A stretch of 64,000 nucleotides of DNA from an uncultured Chloroflexia bacterium (lineage in GTDB: Bacteria; Chloroflexota; Limnocylindria; Limnocylindrales; CSP1-4): the NCBI GenBank assembly GCA_963720715.1, contig CAVRGM010000003.1, forward strand, positions 45,427-109,426, in the 5' to 3' direction. The notes beneath the pieces were generated by a model. That model was given only the letters and a program-made list of their open reading frames with translations, was not told the origin of the DNA and did not search any database. The stretch's first letter is position 1, and each line of letters starts with the position of its first letter. The position numbers were made by a program, and so were the translations under genes. Below are positions 18,743 through 28,250 of this stretch, one piece after another.

Positions 18743-19933
18743 TCAGCGTCGTCTCCCTCGTCGGCCCTGACGGCCCCGCTCACGGGGGCGGATCGTCGAA
18801 GCGGCCGTGGTCTTCTTCTCGGCGTCGGTCAGGATGGCCGCACGCTTGGATGGCTCGGGTGGGGGTGGCATGGTGACCGGGAATCTGGGGGTATGGCCGG
18901 TCGCGAAGGCCGGGGTTCGGCCGAAGAACGGGAACATCCCGCCCCAGCCGACGATGAGGTACTGCTGGGCGATCGAGAAGATCGTCGCGGTGATCCAGTA
19001 GATGAACAGGCCGGCCGGCAGAAACCCGCCGTAGAACACGGAGATGAGCGGCAGGAAGAGCATCGTCTGACGCTGGATCTTGGTATTCGGATCGTCGTCT
19101 TCCGGCTTGGTCTTGGGCAGCATCATCCGCGACTGGACGAGTTGCAGGCCGGCCGAGGCGATGGCCAGGATGCTGATACCCAGCACGAAGCCGCCGACCC
19201 CGACGGAGAAGATGGTCGACGGCTGGCTGACGTCGACGGTGATCCCGAAGACCGAGATGACGGTGTTGATGCAGGGACCCAGGGCGATATCGGGCATGCC
19301 GGTGGCCGGGTTGATGTTGTTGCAGTTCAGCGGCACGACCTGGTGGCCGAAGACCTCCAGCATCGCCGACGGGTTGACGTTGGTCAGGCCGTTCTGGATG
19401 ACCGAATACATGATGAACAGGAGGGGCATCTGGAGGAGGAGCGGCAGGCAACCGGCCAGGGGGCTGACGCCCCGCTCCTTCATCAACTCCTGCTGCGCCG
19501 CCCGCGACTTCATCGCGTCGCCCTTGTACCGACGCTGGATCTCCTTGATCTCCGGCTGCAACATCTGCGTCCGACGCTGCGACACGAGCTGGCGGCGATA
19601 CAGCGGGATGACCACGCCACGGACGACCAGGGTCAGGACCACGATGGCCCAGCCGATCGCGGCGATGGCGCCAAGACCGGTCAGGAAGTCGTAGACCGCG
19701 ACCAGGATGATGAACATGACCTTGAAGATCGGGGTGAACAGCCAGGCCAGGAAGCTGATCGGGTCGGCGCCGGGCTCGGCGGGCACCAACGGGACGGCCG
19801 CGTGCGACGGTGGCGGGGTGGCCGACGCGCCCGCCTCGGTGCCCGGGGCGGCGCAGGCGGCCAGGGCCACCACGACCAGGATCAACAGGGCGATCGAGCC
19901 GATCCGGTCCCAAGGGATCTGACGGCGTCTCAC
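18743..19933 (-). CDS. yidC: membrane protein insertase YidC
   Basis: 396 aa with a lipoprotein-like N-terminus and the conserved 'GCLPLLLQMPLLFIMY' and 'FLPAGLFIYWITATIFSIAQQYLI' YidC/Oxa1 core. It is flanked by yidD and jag. Confidence 0.85.
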   Translation of the reverse strand: MRRRQIPWDRIGSIALLILVVVALAACAAPGTEAGASATPPPSHAAVPLVPAEPGADPISFLAWLFTPIFKVMFIILVAVYDFLTGLGAIAAIGWAIVVLTLVVRGVVIPLYRRQLVSQRRTQMLQPEIKEIQRRYKGDAMKSRAAQQELMKERGVSPLAGCLPLLLQMPLLFIMYSVIQNGLTNVNPSAMLEVFGHQVVPLNCNNINPATGMPDIALGPCINTVISVFGITVDVSQPSTIFSVGVGGFVLGISILAIASAGLQLVQSRMMLPKTKPEDDDPNTKIQRQTMLFLPLISVFYGGFLPAGLFIYWITATIFSIAQQYLIVGWGGMFPFFGRTPAFATGHTPRFPVTMPPPPEPSKRAAILTDAEKKTTAASTIRPRERGRQGRRGRRR

Positions 19934-19948
19934 AGGTCTGGCGCCTCG

Positions 19949-20155
19949 CTAGCGGACCGGGTCATAGCCGCTCCCGCCCCATGGATGGCAGCGGGCGATC
20001 CGCCGGGCCCCCATCCAGGATCCCTTGAACAGGCCGTACTTGGCGATCGCCTGCTCCGTGTAGTACGAGCAGGTCGGCTCATACCGACAGCTCGACGGCA
20101 TCCACGCGAAGACGAGGCGGTAGAGCTTGATCGCCCCGATCCCGATTCGCTTCAC
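19949..20155 (-). CDS. yidD: membrane protein insertion efficiency factor YidD
   Basis: 68 aa, 'CRYEPTCSYYTEQAIAKYG…RCHPWGGSGYDPV', a canonical YidD. The GTG start overlaps the rnpA stop. Confidence 0.85.
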   Translation of the reverse strand: MKRIGIGAIKLYRLVFAWMPSSCRYEPTCSYYTEQAIAKYGLFKGSWMGARRIARCHPWGGSGYDPVR

Positions 20156-20484
20156 CCAGTGGATCCTCCGAGAGCGCCGCCCTTGATGAGCGTTCGACGC
20201 AGGACGCCGACCAACGTTTCCAGGTCGGCATCGACGATCGCCGGCCGGGCGATGATGAGAACGTCCCAGCCAGGCTGGAACGAAGGCGCCATCACCTTCA
20301 GCGCCTCGCGGAGCCGGCGACGGACTCGATTGCGAACCACCGCCCCGCCGAGCGCTCGGCCGGTCGACAGCCCGAAGCGGGTCGTCTCGAGATCGGTCCG
20401 CCGGAACCGGGCGATAAGGAAGGGGTGGGACCGAGTTGTCCCGCCCGCCTGGAACGCCGCGAAGTCCTGCGGTCGGGAGAGCAT
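20152..20484 (-). CDS. rnpA: ribonuclease P protein component
   Basis: ~110 aa, 'MLSRPQDFAAF…TRFGLSTGRALGGAVVRNRVRRRLREA', the RnpA signature. The ORF track's long N-terminal extension (to 21000) is not RnpA. Coordinates are ±2 nt. Confidence 0.8.
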   Translation of the reverse strand: MLSRPQDFAAFQAGGTTRSHPFLIARFRRTDLETTRFGLSTGRALGGAVVRNRVRRRLREALKVMAPSFQPGWDVLIIARPAIVDADLETLVGVLRRTLIKGGALGGSTG

Positions 20485-20520
20485 CACGAGCCGCGGCGGG
20501 TTGGGGCCGCGTCCGATGGT

Positions 20521-20654
20521 CAGGCTGTCAGCCGTTTTCGACCGCGAGCCCGACGTGTCGCCAGGATGCGACGGCCACCGGCCGACCTCATCCGGGCGCG
20601 GAAGCCGTGCTCCTTGGCGCGGTGGCGCTTCTTTGGCTGATAGGTCTGCTTCAT
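20521..20654 (-). CDS. rpmH: 50S ribosomal protein L34
   Basis: The minus-strand translation '[44 protein letters not shown]' is a textbook L34. It is not listed in the ORF track because it is too short. The stop position is approximate (±3 nt) and lies immediately before rnpA. Confidence 0.8.
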
Positions 20655-21509
20655 CGGGACTGTCCGGGATCCTCTCCATCCGGCCTCGGGGACGGTCTGT
20701 CACTACCCCCTGAAGGCACACGAACGCGCCTGGCACTCGAAAGCGCACGGCGCGTCGTCGTCGGGCGGATGATAGGCCGCCCCCGCGAGGAGTGTCAAAC
20801 GAAGCTGGGTGGGACCTCGGCGGCTGTTCAGCCCTGCGTGAGGCGGCCGACCGTGAACCCGAAGGCAACCGCGACCAGCAGGATCGATCCGCCAAGCAAG
20901 CGTTCGTCAACCGCAGGGATTCGGAAACGGACGGAGCGTCGACCCGGATGCGTGGGGCCGGCGATGCAGCTCCCGATGCAGCTCCCTGGTTTCCGGTCAT
21001 CTGCTCGTCACCCGAGCATCTGGCGGTGGGTTTCGTGACGATCGCCCATCAGACGCGCACCTGTCACCGCCTCCGCCGGCGACGGTCGCGGGCCACGCTT
21101 GGATCGCTCGGTGGTCGGGTGCCTGGCCGAACGGTTCGTGACCAACGCTCGCCGGATGAGCATTCGCCGGAAACCTGGGTCCGCGCCACAACCCGGGTCC
21201 GCGCCACAACCCATCGCGTGACGACTGGCACCGCCGGATCCGTCATCGCCAGTCCATTCGGTGATACTCCCTGGGAGTATCACGGGTCCGCCTTGCGGTG
21301 GCCCTTGGCGCGGTGCTATCCTCTCCGAGCCCTCGGCGCCGGAGACGTACAAGGGGCCCCCGAACCGCCCGAAAACGGCTCATCGGGCATAGCTTGACCG
21401 GTGCCGACGACGTCACGGACCCCACAGCGCGCGACCCCAGGCTCCGTCACCTATCCCTGGCCGACGCTACCCATCTACCGACGAACCTAACGCAGGATCC
21501 CATCGACGA

Positions 21510-22913
21510 ATGGACGCAAAGCAAGTCTGGCGAGCCGCCCTCGGAGAACTCCAGGTGTCGCTCTCCCCGGCCAATTTCGAGACCTGGCTGCGCGATACCC
21601 GACTGGTCGATGTCGACGACCAACGGTTCCGGATCTCAGTCCCGAATGGCTTCGCCAAGGACTGGCTCGAGTCGCGCTATCGGTCGCTGATCAGCCAGAC
21701 CCTGGCCCGCATCGTCGGCTACAGCGTCCAGGTCGAATTCATCGTCGGGAGCACCGAGGAAGCCGCTGGCGGCGACCCGGAGCCGGCCCCGGATGGCACG
21801 GATCCGTCGGTTGGCCGGCCGACGGCCATCGCTCCGGAACGACAGCACGTTCGGGTCGAGCCGGGTCGTGTCGGCGGCGAGGGCGGGACCACCTACATCA
21901 ATCCCCGCTACACCTTCAACAACTTCATCGTCGGATCTGCCAATCGGCTCGCTCACGCCGCCAGCCTGTCGGTCGCCGAACGACCGGGGCACGCCTATAA
22001 CCCACTCTTCCTGTACGGCGGGGTCGGCCTCGGCAAGACCCACCTGATGCATGCCATCGGGAATCAGGTCATCGCCAAGTTCCCACGCAAACGAGTCGTC
22101 TATGCGACGAGCGAGAAGTTCACCAACGAATTCATCGCCTCCATCCAGCAAGGCAAGATCGACGAGTTCCGGGCTCGCTACCGGCGGATCGATCTGCTCC
22201 TCATCGATGACATCCAGTTCATCGCCGACAAGGAGCGGACCCAGGAAGAGTTCTTCCATACGTTCAACGCGATCCACGAGGACGGCAAGCAGATCGTCCT
22301 GTCGAGCGACCGGCCACCCAAGGCCATCCTGACCCTCGAGGAGCGCCTCCGCAGTCGATTCGAGTGGGGTCTCATCGCGGACCTGACCGCACCGGATCTT
22401 GAGACCCGGATCGCCATCCTCCGGGCGAAGGCCGAGGAAGGCGCCGTCCCGATCACGTCGGACGTCATCGAATTCATCGCGCGCAAGGTCGTCAGCAACA
22501 TCCGTGAGCTGGAAGGCGCCCTCAACCGGATCGTCGCCTATGCCAGCATGGGTGCCATGCCGATCAGCATCGAACTGGCCCAGGCCGTGCTGTCGAATGT
22601 CCTGTACAACCCCAAGAAGCGCCAGGTCACGCCGGAACGGATCGCCCGGGTCGTGTCCGACTACTACTCCGTCCCGATGGACGTCCTGCAGGGCAAGAAG
22701 CGGGACAAGGCGATCGTCGTGCCGCGCCAGATCGCGATGTTCCTGATGCGCGAGGAGACCGACGTCTCGCTGCTGCGGATCGGCGCCGAACTCGGCGGCC
22801 GGGATCATTCGACCGTCCTCCACGCCTGCGACAAGATCAACCGCGAGGTCGCGGTCAATGACGAGCTCCGACGCGAGATCGCCGCGGTCAGGGAGCTCAT
22901 CTACGCCGACTGA
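21510..22913 (+). CDS. dnaA: chromosomal replication initiator DnaA
   Basis: 467 aa with domain I, a Pro/Gly-rich linker, AAA+ 'GGVGLGKTHLMHAIG', and the C-terminal DNA-binding 'LLRIGAELGGRDHSTVLHA'. Confidence 0.95.
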   Translation: MDAKQVWRAALGELQVSLSPANFETWLRDTRLVDVDDQRFRISVPNGFAKDWLESRYRSLISQTLARIVGYSVQVEFIVGSTEEAAGGDPEPAPDGTDPSVGRPTAIAPERQHVRVEPGRVGGEGGTTYINPRYTFNNFIVGSANRLAHAASLSVAERPGHAYNPLFLYGGVGLGKTHLMHAIGNQVIAKFPRKRVVYATSEKFTNEFIASIQQGKIDEFRARYRRIDLLLIDDIQFIADKERTQEEFFHTFNAIHEDGKQIVLSSDRPPKAILTLEERLRSRFEWGLIADLTAPDLETRIAILRAKAEEGAVPITSDVIEFIARKVVSNIRELEGALNRIVAYASMGAMPISIELAQAVLSNVLYNPKKRQVTPERIARVVSDYYSVPMDVLQGKKRDKAIVVPRQIAMFLMREETDVSLLRIGAELGGRDHSTVLHACDKINREVAVNDELRREIAAVRELIYAD

Positions 22914-23214
22914 ATCCGGTGGATATCCGGCCAGCCGGGCGTCGACGAGTGGCCGCTCGACGGTGGACGGCGGTTCCCGATCAGGCTCTGATCGTGGGCC
23001 GACATGCGAACTGTCCACCGTCCGTCAACCACCGGTCCCCGACCGCCGGCTAGATCGCCCACCGCCCGGGACGGCCTGTCCACCACCCGACCGCGCACGA
23101 CCACACGAGACGACCCACACTGTCCACACCATTACTACGGTGATGATGAGGTGAGAAGATAGGGAGAGATACCCACCTACCGACGGGCGCGTTCGCGCTC
23201 GGGAACGATGTGGA
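22914..23214 (+). promoter_or_regulatory. dnaA-dnaN intergenic region with three DnaA-box-like motifs (candidate oriC core)
   Basis: xTGTCCACx motifs lie at 23013-23019, 23077-23083 and 23121-23128 (the last is CTGTCCACA), all in the same orientation. They are followed by a more AT-rich stretch 'cattactacggtgatgatgaggtgagaagataggg' before dnaN. Actinobacterial oriC typically lies between dnaA and dnaN. Confidence 0.5.
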
Positions 23215-24345
23215 GTGCAGCCCAACGTGAAACTCTCGGTCATGCAAGAGAACCTGGCGCGCGGTCTATCGGTCGTGAGCCGCGCCGTGTCCAATCGCAG
23301 CACGTTGCCGGTCCTGGCCAACGTCCTGCTCAAGACGGAAGACGCCGGACTCAAACTGACCGCCACGAATCTCGAGATCGGCATCACCTACTGGGTCCCC
23401 GGCAAGATCGAGACCGACGGCGCGACGACCGTACCGGCGAAGCTGTTGACCGATCTGGTCGGTTCACTGCCGGCGGGCGACCGGGTCGATCTGGAATTGA
23501 ACGCCGGTGACACCCTGCACCTGCGTTGTGGACGGTTCGAGACCAACGTCAAGGGCATCGATGCCGACGAATTCCCGGCGATCGGGGCCGCCGGCGAGCG
23601 ACCGACGACCCGCATCTCGCAATCGATCCTGAAGCGAGCGCTGGCTGAGACCGCGTTCGCAGCGGCCACCGACGAAGCTCGGCCGATCCTGACCGGTGTC
23701 CTGGCCCGTTTCGAGGGCGACCAGTTGACATTGGCGGCCGCTGACAACTATCGGATCGCGGTCAAGACCATCCCGATCCTGGACGCGGTCCCCGAGACGA
23801 GCATCGTCATCCCGGCCAGGGCGCTCAATGAGCTGACCCGCATCCTGGCCGATGTCGACGACCCGATCGAGGTCGTCCTGACCGGTGGCCGGAACCAGAT
23901 CGTGTTCCACCTTGATGGGATCGACCTCGTCAGCCGACTCATCGACGGCCAGTTCCCCAACTACCAGCAGGTCGTACCCCAGAACCACACGACACGGGCC
24001 GAGCTCGATCGCGAGGAGCTGTTGCGAGCGGTCCGGCCTGCGGCCCTGATCGCCCACGAATCGGCGAACATCGTGAAGCTCCAGGTCAGCGCCGATGGGG
24101 AACCGGGGATCACGGTCAGTGCCAACGCGGAGGTCGGCGACCTCGTCGGCCAGGTCGAGGCCACGGTCGAGGGTGACGGGACCACGATCGCCTTCAACGC
24201 CCGCTATCTCGCGGACGTCCTGACCAACGTGGCTGCGGATCGGTTCGCTCTTGAATTGAACGGCCCGCTCTCGCCAGGCGTCTTCAAGCCGATCGGCGAT
24301 GACGGCTACATCCACGTCGTCATGCCGGTCCGGACCACCTCCTAA
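23215..24345 (+). CDS. dnaN: DNA polymerase III beta sliding clamp
   Basis: 376 aa with three-domain beta-clamp conservation. A GTG start at 23215 or 23227 ('VKLSVMQENL') is possible. Confidence 0.9.
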   Translation: MQPNVKLSVMQENLARGLSVVSRAVSNRSTLPVLANVLLKTEDAGLKLTATNLEIGITYWVPGKIETDGATTVPAKLLTDLVGSLPAGDRVDLELNAGDTLHLRCGRFETNVKGIDADEFPAIGAAGERPTTRISQSILKRALAETAFAAATDEARPILTGVLARFEGDQLTLAAADNYRIAVKTIPILDAVPETSIVIPARALNELTRILADVDDPIEVVLTGGRNQIVFHLDGIDLVSRLIDGQFPNYQQVVPQNHTTRAELDREELLRAVRPAALIAHESANIVKLQVSADGEPGITVSANAEVGDLVGQVEATVEGDGTTIAFNARYLADVLTNVAADRFALELNGPLSPGVFKPIGDDGYIHVVMPVRTTS

Positions 24346-24368
24346 GAGCGGCGGATCGGAAGGGACCC

Positions 24369-25508
24369 CTGCTCGAGTCGATCGACCTCCTCGATTTCCG
24401 TGGGTACGGGTCGCTCCATGTCGAGTTCGGAGCCGGTCCGCAGCTCATCTGGGGTCCGAACGCGACCGGCAAGACCAGCCTCCTCGAGGCGATGGTCCTG
24501 CTCGCCTGGGGTCACTCGCACCGAACCAGCGCGGACGGTGAACTGATCCGCTGGGGGACAGACCTGGCGAGGATCGAAGGCCTGACCGGCCGCGATACGA
24601 TCGAGGTCGCAGTCGTTCGATCGGGCGCCGGCGGAACGGCTGGTCGCAAGCGGATCCGGGTCAACGGCGTGGGCCGGCGGGTGGCTGGACTGGCCGGACT
24701 CCTCCGCATCGTCGTGTTCGCTCCCGAGGAGATGCTCCTCGTGGTCGGCTCCCCGACGCTCCGGCGAACGGTCATGGATCGCCTCGCGGCCGCCGGCTCA
24801 CCGGCCTATCTCGACAGCCTGACGACCTATGGCCGGGTCCTTCAGCAACGGAACAGCCTGTTGCGGGCGATCCGCGAGGAAGGTGCGCCAAGGGACGAGT
24901 TGCGGTTCTGGGACGGAGCCTTCCTCGACGCCGGCGCCGCGATCGTCGGCGAACGGCGGCGGCTCCTGGAGGCTCTGGCGGGACCCCTTGCGGCGGCGCA
25001 CGCCGAGATCGCCCCGGATGAGGCGTCGGTGAGTGCCCTCACGGTGCGCTACCAGACCAACGCTCCGCCACTCTCCGGGGAGTCGCCGCGGGACGCGCTC
25101 GCCCGCCGCCTGGCCGACACGGCCGACAAGGAAGTCTGGAATGGCTCGACCCTGGTCGGCCCACACCGCGACGACCTCGTCTTCGAACTGGCCGGTCGGG
25201 ACCTGACGACGTTCGCGTCGCGCGGCCAGCAGCGGACCGCCATCCTGGCCCTCAAGCTGGCGGAACTCGACCTCGTGACCGGGATCGACGGGCGCCCACC
25301 CTTGCTCTTGCTCGACGATGTCTTCTCCGAGCTCGACCCGGACCGTCGAGCCCACCTCGTCCGGCGCATCGCGGCCCTGCCCCAGGCGTTCGTGACCACG
25401 ACCACGCTCGATGACCTTGATCCGAGCCTTCGGGCGAATGCGACCAGCTGGGAAGTCAGGAGCGGGGCGGCGGGGGCCGGGCTGATCTCGTCGGACGGGA
25501 AACCGTGA
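24369..25508 (+). CDS. recF: DNA replication and repair protein RecF (start codon unresolved)
   Basis: RecF Walker A 'GPNATGKTSLLEA' lies upstream of the first ATG (24492) in the same frame, and the frame is open back to the dnaN stop. C-terminal signature 'LLLLDDVFSELD'. No ATG/GTG/TTG precedes the P-loop in frame, so a CTG at 24369 or another rare start is inferred. Confidence 0.8.
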   Translation: MLESIDLLDFRGYGSLHVEFGAGPQLIWGPNATGKTSLLEAMVLLAWGHSHRTSADGELIRWGTDLARIEGLTGRDTIEVAVVRSGAGGTAGRKRIRVNGVGRRVAGLAGLLRIVVFAPEEMLLVVGSPTLRRTVMDRLAAAGSPAYLDSLTTYGRVLQQRNSLLRAIREEGAPRDELRFWDGAFLDAGAAIVGERRRLLEALAGPLAAAHAEIAPDEASVSALTVRYQTNAPPLSGESPRDALARRLADTADKEVWNGSTLVGPHRDDLVFELAGRDLTTFASRGQQRTAILALKLAELDLVTGIDGRPPLLLLDDVFSELDPDRRAHLVRRIAALPQAFVTTTTLDDLDPSLRANATSWEVRSGAAGAGLISSDGKP

Positions 25509-25837
25509 GCCCGGCCAGGCGCCGACCGATGGTCAGGATCGGTGACCTCATCCCCGATGCGGCCCGATCCCTCGGGTTGGAGGACGAACTCCGGTCCTCG
25601 CGGGCGATGGCCACGTTCGAGGCGCTGGTCGCCGAGCGCGTCCCGGCCGCGACAGGCGCCTGCCGGGTGGTCCGCCTTGAAGGGTTCATCCTCGACGTCG
25701 AGGCTGATGCGCCGATCGTCGCGCAGGAACTGCGGCTTCGATCGACCGAGCTGCTGGCCGCCTTCGCGACCGCGCCAGGTGGCGTCGGCGTGCGCGAGAT
25801 GCGGGTCCACGTGCGGCCCGGAGGCGCCCGCGTATAA
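25505..25837 (+). CDS. DUF721 domain protein (DciA-like, recF-associated)
   Basis: 110 aa with a GTG start overlapping the recF stop. It sits in the recF-gyrB neighbourhood position typical of DUF721 proteins. The assignment rests on position, size and basic character. Confidence 0.55.
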   Translation: MSPARRRPMVRIGDLIPDAARSLGLEDELRSSRAMATFEALVAERVPAATGACRVVRLEGFILDVEADAPIVAQELRLRSTELLAAFATAPGGVGVREMRVHVRPGGARV

Positions 25838-25949
25838 TCCCGCCTACCTGCCAGCCAATTTCCGAGGCGGTCGATCCGAATGTGGATCCGGCCAGCCCGT
25901 TCGCCGCGAGCCCCGGATGATCGGGGACGCCTGATCACGAGAGGCCCGG

Positions 25950-28229
25950 ATGGCCGTACGGCTCAACATGACCCTCGGCGTCGTCGCCGAGCACGACCGA
26001 CTCGCCGACTCGCCGGACACGCTGACCGTGGTCGAGCCGAGTGTCGGCTCGGTCGCGCGCTCCAAGGGCAACCTGTACCTGCTGGTCACCTCGCGCCTCT
26101 CATCCCGCCACGCCCTGGAGGCCACCCGGCTGGCGGCCGAGACGATCCGGAACGAGTACTACTACGACGAGTCGGCGGGGATCCGGGTCTGCCTCCAGAA
26201 GTCGATCGCGACCGCCAACAAGCGACTCGCTCATCAGGCCGACCGGTTGGGTCTCAAGTCGGCCGATGGCAACGGCCCGATCGGGATCGGGGTCGCCGTC
26301 GTCCGCGGCACGGAGATGTACGTCGCCACGGTCGGTCCCGCTGAGGCCTACCTGATCCGTCAGGCTCGGCTATCGACCTTGCCCGATCCGAACCGGGACA
26401 GTGGCTTGCCGGCGGGGGCGCTCGAACCCGAAGTCTGGCGTGGCGAGATCGCGGTCGGCGATTCGCTCGTGCTGGTATCGCCCAACGTCATCGCCAAGCT
26501 GGGGGCCGATGAGCTGAAGGACGCCATGTTGACGCTCCATCCGCAATCGGCCATGGAGCACCTCCATCAGCGCTTCGTGAGCGCCGATGGGTCGGGCAGC
26601 GATGGCGCGATCGCCTTCGAGGCGACCGAGGTGTCTTCGACAAGCCGCGCCCGGACGCTCGTCCCGGTCCGTCCGGCCGAGCCGCTGGCCGGTGCCCCGG
26701 ATCGCTCGCCGATCCCCCTGGCCGACAATGTCCAGGCTGCCGGGGTCGCGGTCAGTGCCGCGGCCGGCAACGCGCGCGACGCCGCGGGCAACGCCGTCGA
26801 GCGGACCGTCGCCCGCGTTCAGGGCCTGATGCCGCGTCGCAAGCAGGCGTATCGACGAGTCACGCCGCTCGCCTCTCGACGCGAGACCCAGCGGCGGGCG
26901 GCTCTGGCCGTCCTCGTCCTGGCCATCGTGGTCGGCGGCCTCGGGCTGGCGGTCTATGCCTTGAGCGGCAACACCCCGCAGCAGGCGATCAGCTCGGTCA
27001 ACACCGGCCAGGCTGCGCTGGATCTCGCCCGGACCGACCTGGCCAAGGTCAGCGGTCCCGGGATCGACCTGATCACCGACGATCGCGCCCAGGCGCTGGA
27101 CCTGCTGACCGAGGCCTATGCCCAGCTCGACGTCGCGGCAAAGGCCAACGTCAGCGAATCGGTCATCGCCCCGCTGCGTGCCCAGACCGTGGCCGGCCTG
27201 GACCGCCTGTACGGCGTGGTGCCGGTAGCGTCGACGGACCTGTACACCTTCAAGCCGGAAGCAGACGCCGACCCCATCGACCTGTCGGCGATGGTCCGGG
27301 GACCCGACGGGATGCCCTACGTCATCGATCGCTCGACCAAGACCGTCTATCGCATCAACCTGAAGACCGGTGAGGCGACGACGGTCATCCGGCAAGGCAC
27401 CAAGGGCCCGGGCGGGACCGTCGCCAACCCGCGATTCCTTGCGGTGGGTGGACAGGATCTGTTGATCATGGATGCCAGGAACGTCCTGTGGCGCTGGCGC
27501 CCGGCGAACGATTCCGGCAAGGGCACCCTGACCCGGGTCACCGTCAACGGCTCGGCCTCTCTGGGCGACGACATCATGGGCATCAACACGTTCCTGCGTC
27601 CCGGTACGCGGGGGCTGTACAACTTGTACATCGTCGACCCATCCGAGCAGCAGATCCGGGCCTTCTCGCCGGCCGCTGACGGCGGCGGCTTCCCGGCCAA
27701 GGCCACCGACTGGTTGGCCACTGCGCGCGATGTGTCGAAGATGACCGCGACGTACGTCGACGGCGACCTCTATGCGACCGACGATGGCCAACTGGTGCGC
27801 TTCTACGGGGGCAAGAGCGAAGGCTGGAACCCGAAAGCCCCCGACGATCAATCGCTGCGGCCTGCTCCGGTCTACTCGCTCCTGGCGTCGGCCAGCGAAA
27901 CGAGGTCAGGCGTCATCTACGCCTTCGATGGACCGAATGACCGGGTCATCGCCCTGGCCAAGTCGGACGGCAGCTACCAGGCTCAATATCGACTGGCCGG
28001 CGGAGCCCAGGACTGGTCGGATCTGCGGGCGATGTACGTGGTTGCCGGCGAGGCGGACAAGCCGAATACGCTCGTCTGGATGTCGGGTGACGGCGTCCAC
28101 CAGGCGATCCTCGTCGCGGTCCCGGACGACGTCCCGGCCGCGACGCCCAGTCCGACCCCCACGCCCACGGCGGAGCCGACCAAGAAACCGCCCAAGAAGA
28201 AGAGTCCCAAGCCGACCAAGAAGCCCTGA
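25950..28229 (+). CDS. membrane-anchored protein with degenerate PP2C-like N-terminal domain, extracytoplasmic beta-rich domain and Pro/Lys-rich tail
   Basis: 759 aa. The N-terminal ~250 aa follow the PP2C fold pattern ('GNLYLLVTSRL…EMYVATVGPAEAYLIRQARL…GDSLVLVSPNV') but lack the canonical metal-binding Asp residues. A single TM 'AALAVLVLAIVVGGLGLAVYAL' sits at ~aa 300. The C-terminus 'PTPTPTAEPTKKPPKKKSPKPTKKP'. Confidence 0.55.
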   Translation: MAVRLNMTLGVVAEHDRLADSPDTLTVVEPSVGSVARSKGNLYLLVTSRLSSRHALEATRLAAETIRNEYYYDESAGIRVCLQKSIATANKRLAHQADRLGLKSADGNGPIGIGVAVVRGTEMYVATVGPAEAYLIRQARLSTLPDPNRDSGLPAGALEPEVWRGEIAVGDSLVLVSPNVIAKLGADELKDAMLTLHPQSAMEHLHQRFVSADGSGSDGAIAFEATEVSSTSRARTLVPVRPAEPLAGAPDRSPIPLADNVQAAGVAVSAAAGNARDAAGNAVERTVARVQGLMPRRKQAYRRVTPLASRRETQRRAALAVLVLAIVVGGLGLAVYALSGNTPQQAISSVNTGQAALDLARTDLAKVSGPGIDLITDDRAQALDLLTEAYAQLDVAAKANVSESVIAPLRAQTVAGLDRLYGVVPVASTDLYTFKPEADADPIDLSAMVRGPDGMPYVIDRSTKTVYRINLKTGEATTVIRQGTKGPGGTVANPRFLAVGGQDLLIMDARNVLWRWRPANDSGKGTLTRVTVNGSASLGDDIMGINTFLRPGTRGLYNLYIVDPSEQQIRAFSPAADGGGFPAKATDWLATARDVSKMTATYVDGDLYATDDGQLVRFYGGKSEGWNPKAPDDQSLRPAPVYSLLASASETRSGVIYAFDGPNDRVIALAKSDGSYQAQYRLAGGAQDWSDLRAMYVVAGEADKPNTLVWMSGDGVHQAILVAVPDDVPAATPSPTPTPTAEPTKKPPKKKSPKPTKKP

Positions 28230-28250
28230 CGAGCATGGGATAATCCGGCC

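Noticed and set aside
20485-21000. Upstream part of ORF 20152..21000 (282 aa) suggesting a long RnpA
   Set aside because: RnpA homology starts at 'MLSRPQDF' (~110 aa from the end). The region upstream encodes L34 (rpmH) in a neighbouring frame, followed by the non-coding rpmH-dnaA spacer.
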